Below are positions 54,566 through 64,000 of a DNA stretch of 64,000 nucleotides, one piece after another. The position numbers and the translations under genes are program-made. Every line of letters starts with the position of its first letter. Within the stretch, counting starts at the first letter, position 1. Under the pieces are notes generated by a model. It ran no database searches. It saw only the letters and a program-made list of their open reading frames with translations, and was not told where the DNA came from. The stretch comes from an uncultured delta proteobacterium (GTDB taxonomy: Bacteria; Desulfobacterota; Binatia; Binatales; Binataceae): positions 453,627 through 517,626 of the forward strand of contig CAWFGH010000005.1 in assembly GCA_963815255.1 (NCBI GenBank), in the 5' to 3' direction.

Positions 54566-55291
54566 GTGGCTTCTTCGATGCTGACGATTGCCCATCGGGG
54601 CGCCAGCGCTCTTTATCCTGAAAACACCTTGCGCGCATTCATCGAGGCCGCCGAGCTTGGCGCCGATATGTGTGAGTTCGACGTGCGGATGACTCGCGAT
54701 GGCGAGGTCGTGGTGATTCATGATGCGACCGTCAACCGCACTACCGACGGTCGCGGGAGGGTCGCCGCGATGAGTGCGGCGGCGATCAAGCGGCTGGACG
54801 CCGGAGCGCGGTTCGGCGCGGAATTTCGCGGCGAGCGCATTCCAACGCTCGCGGAAGTCGCGCAGGCGCTCGGCGCGCGATGCGGCGGACGTTGCGGGAT
54901 GGACGTCGAACTCAAGGCGCCCGGCCTCGAAGCGCGGGTATGCGACATTCTTCGCGGATGCGGTGCGATGGAACGCGCGATCGTCTCGAGCTTCGATTGG
55001 GATCAGTTGAAGATCGTGGCTCAGCAGGAGCCCCGGTTGCGTCTCGCCCTGCTCGGCGAGAAAGCTTCCGCCGCGCTGCTGGATGCGGCGGCAGCGATGC
55101 ATGCGTTCGCGATCGCGCCGCGGTTCGATATCGCGGACGCCGCGCTGTGCGCCGAGGCGCATCGCCGCGGCCTCGCAGTCTACGTATGGACCGTCGATGA
55201 CGCGGCGACGATGGGCCGGCTCATCGCAGCCGGCGTTGATGGAATCATGACCAATAATCCAAAACGCCTTCGCGAGCTGGCGGCAAGCTGA
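54566..55291 (+). CDS. glycerophosphodiester phosphodiesterase
   Basis: IAHRGASALYPENTLRAF...EFDVRMTRDGEVVVIHDATVNRTTDG is the GDPD signature. Confidence 0.85.
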   Translation: MASSMLTIAHRGASALYPENTLRAFIEAAELGADMCEFDVRMTRDGEVVVIHDATVNRTTDGRGRVAAMSAAAIKRLDAGARFGAEFRGERIPTLAEVAQALGARCGGRCGMDVELKAPGLEARVCDILRGCGAMERAIVSSFDWDQLKIVAQQEPRLRLALLGEKASAALLDAAAAMHAFAIAPRFDIADAALCAEAHRRGLAVYVWTVDDAATMGRLIAAGVDGIMTNNPKRLRELAAS

Positions 55292-57049
55292 TGGCGCGTT
55301 TTTCCGACGACAAGCTCGAAGAGGTCCGCACGCGCGCGGATATCGTCGAGGTGATCGGCGCGCATGTCCGCCTCAAGCGCGCCGGCCGCAACTTCGTCGG
55401 GCTCTGCCCGTTTCACAACGAAAAGACGCCGTCGTTTTCGGTCAACGCGGAGCGCGGGTTTTTCCACTGCTTCGGATGCGGCGCGGGCGGCACGGTGTTC
55501 AACTTCGTGATGCGGACCGAGGGGCTGAGTTTTCCCGAAGCGATCGAGTCGCTCGCGCGCCGCTACGGCGTGACGCTTCCCGAGCGCGGCGCCGAGGCTG
55601 GACCGGGCGCGGGCGAGCGCGACGCCGCGCTACGCGCCAATCAGATCGCCGCCGATTTTTTCGTCCACGTGTTGTGGAAGACGCCCGACGGCGCCGCGGC
55701 GCGCGAGTACCTCTCCGCGCGCGGCGTCGCGGCCGAGACCGCGCGCACGTTCGGGCTTGGATTCGCGCCCGAGCGCCCCGCTAACCTGGCAGGCGCGCTG
55801 GACCGGCGCGGACTATTGGCCGCGGCGGTGCGCCTGGGCCTGGTCAAGCAGGACAGCGCCGGGACGCGCGACATGTTTCGCGGACGGCTGATGTTCCCGA
55901 TTCGCGACGGCCAGGGGCGAGTGCTCGCGTTTGGCGGCCGGGTGCTCGACCAGCGCCTGCCGAAGTACATCAACTCGCCCGAATCGCCGCTCTACTCGAA
56001 GTCGCGCAATGTCTACGGTTTGTATGAGGCGCGCGCGGCGATCGCCAGCGCCGACCGCGCGATCGTGGTCGAGGGTTACCTCGACGCGATCGCAGTGTGG
56101 CAGGCGGGCTTCAAGGAGACGGTCGCGAGTCTCGGCACGGCGCTGACGGTCGATCAGTTGCGGTTGGTCGGACGGCAAACGCGCAACGTGCTGGCCTGCT
56201 TCGATGGCGACGCGGCGGGACGCAAGGCCTCGCTGCGGGCGCTCGAGATATTTCTCGCTGCCGGGCTGCTCGGGCGGGGAATTTTTATCCCGCCCGGGTT
56301 CGATCCCGACACCTTCATCAAGGAGCGCGGAGCGCAGGCGTTCGCCGAGCTTATCGCGTCGGCGGATTTGCTCGTCGACTATTTCCTCGCCGAGCATGCG
56401 GCGTCGGCGCGCGGCTCGCTGGAGGCGCGTGCGCGGGCGGCCGCCTCGGTGGCCGAAGTGCTGAAGGCCGTGCACAACGCGTTTGAGTTCGATTTGCTGG
56501 CGCGCAAAGCCGCCGACGCGTTGGGCGTCGGCGAGGAGGTGCTGCGCGCCGAGGCGCGCCGGCCCGCGCGCGGTGGCGCCTATGGCGCCGCCGCGCGCGG
56601 GCCGGCATCGGCGCGGCCGCCCTCGGCGGCCGCGCGCGGGCGACGGCGCGACGGCCGCCGAAGTCGGCCTGCTCGCCGTCGCGCTGTTGCATCCGGAGTT
56701 GCGCGGCGAGATCGCCGCGCACTCAGCGATGCTCGAGGATGCGGGCGTGGCCGCGGCGCTCGCCGACGTGTGCGCCTCGGAGGAGCCGGCGGCGATGCTC
56801 GAAGTGCGCGTCGCCGAGCGGCTCGGCGACGTGCAGCGCTCGCGCCTGAGCGCGCTCGCGGTCGGGCCGTTGATCGAGACGGCGGCGCAGGCGCGCGCGC
56901 TCGCACGCGACTTCGCCGAGGCGCTTGCGCGGCGCCGCCAGCAGCGCGCGATGGAGACGACGCGGCGGGCCGCGGCCAGCGCGGGCAGCGATGATGAGGC
57001 GATGGCCGCGGCGCAGGAGATGATTGCGCTGAGAAGGCGCGGCGGTTGA
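55291..57049 (+). CDS. dnaG: DNA primase, apparent frameshift near 56.60-56.65 kb
   Basis: Zinc-finger CPFHNEKTPSFSV..FHCFGCGAGG and TOPRIM region VVEGYLDAI..CFDGDAAG. The plausible C-terminus (AEVGLLAVALLHPELR...EMIALRRRGG) lies in ORF 56483..57049, +1 relative to 55291..56994. Confidence 0.85.
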
Positions 57050-57168
57050 ACGGGTGCGGCGCGATGGACTGCATCGGATCGTGACAGTCAAGTTAAATCG
57101 TGTCGGAGACACCCTTTAATTTGTAGGGTGAAACTTGGTACGATGGTGGTTGCACAATGCGCTCGCAA

Positions 57169-57244
57169 GGGCCCATAGCTCAGTCCGGTTTAGAGCTGCC
57201 GGCTCATAACCGGCTGGTCCCAGGTTCAAATCCTGGTGGGCCCA
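57169..57244 (+). tRNA. tRNA with CAT anticodon (Met by anticodon; sequence resembles tRNA-Ile2/lysidine type)
   Basis: GGGCCCATAGCTCAGTCCGGTTTAGAGCTGCCGGCTCATAACCGGCTGGTCCCAGGTTCAAATCCTGGTGGGCCCA folds as a full cloverleaf. No CCA is encoded. Confidence 0.9.
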
Positions 57245-57355
57245 TATCATCAACAGATGGAAAGATTTTTTTGGCCGATGTCAGCAGTGCGCGCGATCGT
57301 GATCGACCGCGCGCATTGCGGCGCATGAATCGGCCTGCACCAAACGGAGGCAGAA

Positions 57356-58060
57356 TTGCGTGAAGAGATAGCCCGGTTAATGAGTCTGCAAACCATCGAC
57401 CGGCAGTTACACGAGCTCGGGCAATCATTGTCTTCAGTCGCGGAGCGCGTTGAGCAGCTTCGCGGCGAAATCGAAACCTCTCAGGCCGAGCTGGATCGAC
57501 TCACCGAGGAAGACCAGCAGGCGGCCACGGCGCGCCGCCATCTCGAACGTGAACTCGCCGACGGCGAGGCACAAATCCGCAACAAACGGATGCGGCTGAA
57601 CCTGGTGCGCAACGACAAAGAGTTGCAAGCGCTCGGCCACGAGGTCGAGTCGCTCAAGGAAAACAACCAGCGCCTGGAAAGTGAAGTGCTGGCCTCGATG
57701 CAGGCGGCTGAGCCGCGCGCCCCGCGAATCAAGGAACTCACCGAACTCATCGCCGGCAAGCGCACGGAGCTCAAGGCGGCCGAGAAAGAGATCGCGGCCG
57801 AGGTCGAGGAGCTGAAGATGTCGATTCAGCGCCAGCGCGTCGAGCGCGACCGCGCGGCCTCTTCGATCGACGACGTGCTGCTGCAACGCTACCAGATGAT
57901 CTTCAGCCGGCGCGGCGGACTGGCGGTCGCACTGGCAAAGTCAGGCACCTGCCAGGGATGCCGGATGCGCCTGCCGCCACAGCTCTACAATGAGATTCAG
58001 AAGCACCTTCAAATCCACTTCTGTCCCAACTGTCAGCGTATTCTCTACTACGAGGGCTGA
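57356..58060 (+). CDS. COG1579-type coiled-coil / C4 zinc-ribbon protein
   Basis: TTG start 5 nt after GGAGG. Long coiled coil, then CQGCRMRLPPQ...HFCPNCQRILY. Confidence 0.75.
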   Translation: MREEIARLMSLQTIDRQLHELGQSLSSVAERVEQLRGEIETSQAELDRLTEEDQQAATARRHLERELADGEAQIRNKRMRLNLVRNDKELQALGHEVESLKENNQRLESEVLASMQAAEPRAPRIKELTELIAGKRTELKAAEKEIAAEVEELKMSIQRQRVERDRAASSIDDVLLQRYQMIFSRRGGLAVALAKSGTCQGCRMRLPPQLYNEIQKHLQIHFCPNCQRILYYEG

Positions 58061-58096
58061 TACGCGCGTCGCGCGACCGTGCTAGGATCGGCGCTG

Positions 58097-58426
<330 letters not shown>

Positions 58427-58435
<9 letters not shown>

Positions 58436-59806
58436 CATTCGACCAACTCCGCCGTCTGATTTCGTTTCTGATTTTTTTTCGGCGCGCCGGCCGCTTTTGA
58501 GCTGCGCGCGTGCCTTGGGCGGCGTGGCCGCGTTCCCGCCGCGCGCCGGCCGCTCCAAGATTGCTTGCGGGGTGATCAGAAAATTCGCGAGGCGCGCCAG
58601 CGCCGCGAGGCTGGGAGTGCCGGGCCGGATTTCCGGCGCGAGCGCTATCTTCACGCGCGCCGGCAATCCGTCAACGAAGCGTTTGACGCGACGGATGTCT
58701 TCCTCGGCGCGCGCCCGATAGCTCTCCAGGTAGGTTAGCGTTTCAGCCACTCCGGCATCGCCGGCGTCATCCACATCCAGCGCGGCCCGAAGCCGCGGAA
58801 TGTCATCGAGCGCGTGATCATGTGTGAAGCCGCGATAGATCGTTTCGTCAAGGAAGCGGTTGATCACGATCGCGCCGAGGTGCAGCCCCTCGGATTCCAT
58901 CTTGTCGATAAGCTTGCGCGCCTGGCGCAGGCGATCGGGCTCGGCGGTGGTGACCAGCACAAATCGCACGGCCGGTGAGCGCAGCAGCGCGGCGACCGTT
59001 TGCATCCGCGCCGTGATTCGCTCGGCGGCGCCGGCGGCGTCGGCGAAGAAGTCGGCGATGGAAGAGAGCGTGCCGCCGCCCGCGAAGCGCTCCAACTCGC
59101 GCGCGACATAGCTCGTGATGCGTGCGGCCAGCCTTAGCGCCAACGAGGCCGATTGCCCGGCCGGCTTGATCAGCCATCGCGCGGCCTGCGAATCGAGCAG
59201 CCGTATCAGGCGCGCCGGCGCTTGCACGAACTCGAACGCGTGTGCGGCGGGAGGAGTATCGACGACCTCCAGGTCGAACTTGCCCGTCTCGTGAAGATCG
59301 TGGAGCGCCTCCAGCGCGGCGTAAGCGTCGGAGCCGGCGAACCGCGTGCTGAGGCTTTGATAGAAGGCGTTGTCGAGGATGCGTCGGCGAACGGCTGGGT
59401 CGGTCACATGCGCGGTCACCATCGCGTCCCATTCGCCTTTGACGTCGAGCATCATCGCACTGAGCTTGAGCGCGGGGTCGAGACCGGCGGCGCGCAATCG
59501 TCGCGCGTCAATCCGCGTCGGCTTGCCGCCCAGGCGCGGCAATCCAAGCGCTTCGCGAAGCCGCCGAGCGGGATCGACCGTGATGACTGCGGTGCGCAGA
59601 CGAGCGGTCGCGGCGGCGATACCGAGGGCCGCGGCGATGGTGGTTTTGCCGACTCCGCCGGAACCCAGGACGACAAGGACAGAGCGCGGCTTGAGCAAAT
59701 CCTTCACGGTTACGGAGCGTCCGCCAAGCGCCGCGGACGTCACGCGCCAAAATAGCAGAACTGGTAAGCGAAAGATGGCGGTCAGGGGGATTGATAGTGC
59801 TTGCAC
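58427..59806 (-). CDS. ArsA/GET3-like P-loop ATPase
   Basis: VLVVLGSGGVGKTTIAAALG deviant Walker A and VVDTPP. 459-aa ORF; the start is uncertain. Confidence 0.7.
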
Positions 59807-59913
59807 GAAGCTGTGGATTGCGCTTGAGGCGCAATTGGACGCAGGCGCAGTGCGGCGGATACTATTTTGAGGGCTGCGCCGATGTGGGGGCGCAGCGCTG
59901 GGGAGGTCGCAAG

Positions 59914-61125
59914 ATGGTATTGCCGGCGGCTGTGATCGTGGCGTTGGCGGTGGGTGCGATAGTCGCCTGGCTGGCCGCCGCCCGCCGCTGGGAAGGCAAG
60001 GTGCGCGAGGCCGAGGTGCGGATGGAGGAACGCGAGCGCGGCTTCTCCGCGCAGAAGGCGCTGCTCGAAAGCTCGGAGCGCAAACTCGCCGATACTTTCA
60101 AGTCGCTCGCGGCCGACGCGTTGGAAGCCGCCAACCACAGTTTCCTGACGCTCGCCGATCAGAAGCTCGGCTCGGTGGTCGGTCCGGTCAACGAATCGCT
60201 GGGCAAGCTCGACCGCGAGATCCGCGAGATTGAAGGAGCGCGCCGCCAGGCCTATGGCGCTCTCGGCGAGCAGATAAGTTCCCTCATCACCGCGCAGAAG
60301 GAGTTGCGCTCGGAAGCATCCAATCTTTCGCGCGCGCTACGGGCGCCGTCGGTGCGCGGCCGCTGGGGTGAGATTCAGCTCAAGCGGGTGGTCGAGATGG
60401 CCGGGATGCTCGAGCGCTGCGATTTTTTCCAGCAGGACAGCGCGGCGAACGACGACGGCAAATTGCGTCCCGACCTGCGCGTGCAGTTGCCCGGCGGCAA
60501 GAACATCATCGTCGACGCCAAGGTGCCGCTGCAGGCCTATCTCGAAGCGCTCGAAGCGACGAGCGAGGATGCGCGCCAGGAAAAGCTCAAACAGCACGCG
60601 CAGCAGGTGCGCGCACACATGGTCGCGCTCGGCTCCAAAATGTACTGGGATCAGTTCCAGCCCAACCCCGAGTTCGTAATCCTGTTTTTGCCGGGTGAGC
60701 CGTTCTTCAGCGCCGCCCTGGAGCAGGACCCTTCGCTGATCGAGCAGGGTGTGGCGCAACGCGTGATTCTCGCCACGCCAACGACGTTGATCTCGCTGCT
60801 GCGCGCGGTCTCCTACGGATGGCGTCAGGAGCAGTTGGCGGAAAACGCGCAACGTATCAGCGAGATGGCGCGCGAACTTGCGGACCGGTTCGCCACGATG
60901 GTCGAACATCTGCGGCGCGTCGGGACCTCGCTGAAGTCGTCGGTGGGCGCGTTCAACGAAGCGGTCGGTTCGTTCGAGGGCCGCGTGATGCCGTGGGCGC
61001 GCCGCTTCCGCGAGCTTGGAGTGGTCGGCAAAAAAGAATTGGGCGAGCTCGAGAAGATCGACGTCGTGCCGCGCGAACCGGCGTCCGCCCTGGAGGAACG
61101 GCCCGAGGTGGCCGCGCCGAAGTAG
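59914..61125 (+). CDS. rmuC: DNA recombination protein RmuC
   Basis: N-terminal TM helix, then coiled coil, then RGRWGEIQLKRVVEMAGM...VDAKVPL...FLPGEPFFSAALE. GGGGAGG lies upstream of the Met at 59914. Confidence 0.85.
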   Translation: MVLPAAVIVALAVGAIVAWLAAARRWEGKVREAEVRMEERERGFSAQKALLESSERKLADTFKSLAADALEAANHSFLTLADQKLGSVVGPVNESLGKLDREIREIEGARRQAYGALGEQISSLITAQKELRSEASNLSRALRAPSVRGRWGEIQLKRVVEMAGMLERCDFFQQDSAANDDGKLRPDLRVQLPGGKNIIVDAKVPLQAYLEALEATSEDARQEKLKQHAQQVRAHMVALGSKMYWDQFQPNPEFVILFLPGEPFFSAALEQDPSLIEQGVAQRVILATPTTLISLLRAVSYGWRQEQLAENAQRISEMARELADRFATMVEHLRRVGTSLKSSVGAFNEAVGSFEGRVMPWARRFRELGVVGKKELGELEKIDVVPREPASALEERPEVAAPK

Positions 61126-61140
61126 CGCGGCACGCGCCGG

Positions 61141-62364
61141 CTAAGGCTGTTCCACGTTGGAAGGCGAGGGCGGTTTGAGCTGGCTGCGCTCGTGGCCTTC
61201 GGCGATCCAGGCCTCGACTTCGCGCCGCTCGCGCGCGAGGAAGTTGCCGATCGCGCGGCGCAGGCCGTCATGCGCGACATAGTGGGCGCTATGCGTGAGC
61301 GCGGGATCGAAGCCGCGCAGCCACTTGTATTCGCCGCCGGCGCCGGGCTCGAAGCGCGCGATTCCGTTGGTGATGCAATGCTCGATCGCGGCGTAGTAGC
61401 AGACGTTGAAGTGCAGATACTTCAGGTCTTCAAAACATCCCCAGTAACGCCCGTAGAGCACGCCCGACTTCTGCAGGTTGAAGGTCCCGGCGACCAGCTT
61501 GCGCCCGCGATACGCGCAGACCAGGCAGACGTAGCGCTTGAAGCGCTCGCGCATCTCGGTAAAGAACTCGCGCGTCAGGTAACGGCGGCCCCAGTAGAGT
61601 TTCTCGATCGTGGAGAGGTAGAGATCGAACATCGGGCCGAAGATCGAGTCGGGGATGTCGTCGCCCGCGTGCACCTTGATGGTCACGCCCTGGGCGACGA
61701 GCGCGGCGCGCTCATGGCGGACCGCGTAGCGGCGTTTGCTCTTGAGCGCGCCCAGGTAGTCCTCGAAAGCGGTGAAGCCGGTGTTGCGCCAATGGTACTG
61801 GTAGCCGAGGCGCTCGAGGAAACCGAGTTCGCGCAGCGCCGCCGCCTCGTCGGCCAGGCAGAAGTTTACATGCGCTGAGGAGAGCTTGTTGTCCGCGCAG
61901 AGCTGCGTCAGGGCGCGTCCCAAGGCCGTGACCAACGGCCGCCGCGCGACGCCGGGCGCGGTGAGAAAGCGCCGTCCGCTATGCGGCGTAAATGGCACGC
62001 CGGCCAGCAGCTTGGGATAGTAGCGGATGCCGCTGCGCTCGGCCGCGTCAGCCCATCCCTGGTCGAAGACGAACTCGCCCATGCTGTGGCCCTTGAGGTA
62101 GAGCGGGCAGGCAGCGATGAGAGTTTTGCCGCGATGGATCGTCAGATGGCACGGGCCCCATCCGCTCGCCCGCACCGCGCTCTTGGAATTCTCCATCGCG
62201 AACAGCCAGTCCCAATCGACGAACGGGGTGTCGTCCTCGGCGAGCAGCGCGTTCCAATCCTCGCGCGCGATGCGGTCGATGCCCTCGATGACGCTGACTT
62301 CGATCGTCGCCGCATCCGCGCCCGTGACACGGGCGGTCGTGTTCTTATTGTCGTTCCTCGCCAT
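61141..62364 (-). CDS. GNAT/FemAB-like acyltransferase (COG3146 type)
   Basis: 407-aa clean ORF. The sequence pattern (HLTIHRGKTLIAACPLYLKGHSMGEFVFDQGWA...YYAAIEHCI) fits this family. Confidence 0.65.
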   Translation of the reverse strand: MARNDNKNTTARVTGADAATIEVSVIEGIDRIAREDWNALLAEDDTPFVDWDWLFAMENSKSAVRASGWGPCHLTIHRGKTLIAACPLYLKGHSMGEFVFDQGWADAAERSGIRYYPKLLAGVPFTPHSGRRFLTAPGVARRPLVTALGRALTQLCADNKLSSAHVNFCLADEAAALRELGFLERLGYQYHWRNTGFTAFEDYLGALKSKRRYAVRHERAALVAQGVTIKVHAGDDIPDSIFGPMFDLYLSTIEKLYWGRRYLTREFFTEMRERFKRYVCLVCAYRGRKLVAGTFNLQKSGVLYGRYWGCFEDLKYLHFNVCYYAAIEHCITNGIARFEPGAGGEYKWLRGFDPALTHSAHYVAHDGLRRAIGNFLARERREVEAWIAEGHERSQLKPPSPSNVEQP

Positions 62365-62390
62365 AATCTATGGGGCCATAATCTATGGGC
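62361..62390 (+). repeat. 15-bp tandem duplication spanning the GNAT start codon
   Basis: CCATAATCTATGGGG followed by CCATAATCTATGGGC. Confidence 0.9.
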
Positions 62391-62575
62391 GAGCTTAGCC
62401 GTGCCGGACGCCGCCGCAAAGGGCTAGCGGCCGGTGCTCCCACGACCATGCACCGATTTGCTATTCTATATGAGCAAGCAGGGTGACGGCTCCGGACGAA
62501 CTCGCTCGGACGATCTCGCTCCGACGATTTCGAATGACGGGTGGCTGACTGGCGAGTGAAGCAGAACGAAGAACG

Positions 62576-62956
62576 ATGAACGACGAGCTTTGGCAGCGAG
62601 AAATGCGGGCGCGCAAGCGCGATGATGATGGCGCCGGCAACGGACGTCCCTCCGATGGCGGCACGGTCGTCGAGCGGCGGACGCGGCCCGAGACCCGCAC
62701 CAAGAAGCCGCCGATGTACAAGGTCATCCTGCTCAACGACGACTACACGCCGATGGAGTTCGTGGTCGAGATATTGAAGGTGGTTTTCCACAAGCAGCAC
62801 GCCGAGGCGACCAGGATCATGCTGCACGTGCATCAGAACGGGATGGGCGTGGCGGGCGTGTTCCCGTACGAAATCGCCGAGACCAAGGTGCGCACGGTGG
62901 AGGAACTGGCGCGCCAGAGCGAATTCCCTTTGAAATGCGTGATGGAAAAAGCCTGA
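62576..62956 (+). CDS. clpS: ATP-dependent Clp protease adaptor ClpS
   Basis: [29 protein letters not shown]...[19 protein letters not shown]. Confidence 0.9.
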   Translation: MNDELWQREMRARKRDDDGAGNGRPSDGGTVVERRTRPETRTKKPPMYKVILLNDDYTPMEFVVEILKVVFHKQHAEATRIMLHVHQNGMGVAGVFPYEIAETKVRTVEELARQSEFPLKCVMEKA

Positions 62957-63063
62957 GCGGCACGAACAATTTTTAGTGATTAATTTGATCTTAATGATTA
63001 GTTTGGAGTTATGCACAGTACAAAAGATTCTGACCGCAACGGTCAGCGAAGAGGAGCCGGCGG

Positions 63064-64000
63064 ATGGCGTCGCAAGGCGTGATGCTTAGCCGCGAGTTGC
63101 AGGTCACGCTGCAGTTGGCGATGACCGAGGCGCAGAGCCGGCGCCATGAATACGTCTGTCTGGAGCACGTGCTCTACGCGATGCTCCATGATTTCACCAC
63201 CAGCAACGTGCTCAAGCATTGCGGCGCGAATATCGATTCGCTGCGCCGCAAACTGCAAGGCTACCTCGACGACGGCGTCGAGCGGCTTGGCCGCGGGGCC
63301 GACGCCACTCCGCGCTACGCGACTGGCGTGCAGCGCGCATTGCAGCGCGCGGCATTGCACGCGCAGTCGGCGGGCCGCCAGGAGATAAACGGTCCGGCGG
63401 TGCTCATCGCGATGTTCCAGGAGGCCGAGTCGTACGCGCTCTACTTCCTGCAGGAGGAAGGCGTCACCCGCTTCGACGTGATTAACTTCGTTTCGCACGG
63501 CGTTTCCAAGGTCGGTGCGGACGACGATCGGCAAGTGCGCGGCGCCAATGAAGGCCAGGGCGAGAGCGAGGACGAGCACGATCACGAAGAAGGCGAGGGC
63601 GACGAGGACGAGGAGGGCACGCCGAAACTTTCTCCGGCACGCGCGCTCAAGCGCTACGCGATAAACCTGGCCGAGCGCGCCGCCAAGGGCAAGATCGATC
63701 CGCTGATCGGGCGCAAGAATGAAATCGAGCGCGCGGTTCATATCCTGCTCCGCCGGCGCAAGAACAACCCGGTCTTCGTCGGCGAAGCCGGCGTGGGCAA
63801 AACTGCGCTGGCCGAGGGCCTGGCGCTCGCGATCCATGACGGGCGCGTGCCGGAGGCGCTCAAGGGCGTCGAGATCTACGCGCTGGACATGGGCGCGCTG
63901 CTCGCGGGCACGCGCTTTCGCGGCGATTTCGAGCAGCGGCTGAAGGCCGTGATCAAGGCCGCGTCGGGCAATCCGAAAATCGTGCTCTTCATCGACGAGA
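63064..64000 (+). CDS. clpA: ATP-dependent Clp protease ATP-binding subunit ClpA (5' part, runs off the window)
   Basis: My translation reads [41 protein letters not shown]...[39 protein letters not shown]...KIVLFIDE. It is not in the ORF track because no stop occurs. The alternative start is at 63082. Confidence 0.9.
   Translation, partial: MASQGVMLSRELQVTLQLAMTEAQSRRHEYVCLEHVLYAMLHDFTTSNVLKHCGANIDSLRRKLQGYLDDGVERLGRGADATPRYATGVQRALQRAALHAQSAGRQEINGPAVLIAMFQEAESYALYFLQEEGVTRFDVINFVSHGVSKVGADDDRQVRGANEGQGESEDEHDHEEGEGDEDEEGTPKLSPARALKRYAINLAERAAKGKIDPLIGRKNEIERAVHILLRRRKNNPVFVGEAGVGKTALAEGLALAIHDGRVPEALKGVEIYALDMGALLAGTRFRGDFEQRLKAVIKAASGNPKIVLFIDE

Noticed and set aside
54416-55162. N-terminal 250 aa of the 546-aa minus-strand ORF
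   Set aside because: Only the part from the Met at 54415 downstream looks like PrmA. The extension is Arg-rich, non-protein-like, and overlaps the well-supported GDPD gene on the plus strand.
55476-57112. Many Arg/Ala/Pro-rich ORFs on both strands over dnaG (and similar ones over 58.8-59.9 and 60.3-61.3 kb)
   Set aside because: They are compositional artefacts of G+C-rich coding DNA. Each overlaps a gene with clear motifs.
63043-63837. 264-aa minus-strand ORF
   Set aside because: It lies antisense to a clear ClpA reading frame on the plus strand (Walker [14 protein letters not shown] and the ClpA N-domain). This is a typical high-G+C shadow ORF.

Overview
High-G+C bacterial chromosome segment (taxon not identifiable from sequence alone) that splits into two parts. 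Positions 1 to about 51.5 kb are a mosaic accessory region. It holds a tightly overlapping vsr-dcm-GHKL ATPase-Z1 NTPase-PD-(D/E)XK operon (3.3-9.9 kb), an AbiEi/AbiEii pair, and a decayed integrative-element remnant (excisionase plus the 3' remnant of a large SNF2-type helicase). It also holds two paralogous zinc-ribbon/adenylate-cyclase/STAND-ATPase/TPR genes (one intact, one riddled with frameshifts), an IS5-family and an IS21-family element, and a RelE/ParE-like TA pair. The rest includes an orphan Flp pilin, an orphan response regulator and many small membrane, secreted or unknown ORFs. This region is peppered with several families of dispersed intergenic repeats, and with a roughly 0.95-kb direct repeat carrying a paralogous 225-aa gene (20.8 and 47.8 kb). 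The accessory part ends at a tRNA-Phe gene (51568-51643) whose T-stem does not pair. From there to 64 kb lies ordinary, higher-G+C core: gshB, rsmE, prmA, a glycerophosphodiester phosphodiesterase, dnaG, tRNA(CAT), a COG1579 zinc-ribbon protein, RNase P RNA, an ArsA-like ATPase, rmuC, a GNAT/FemAB-like gene, clpS and clpA (partial). Many genes, including dnaG and gshB, show apparent frameshifts. Pseudogene calls are therefore confounded by possible indel errors in the assembly. I saw no CRISPR array, rRNA, integrase, reverse transcriptase or cas genes.
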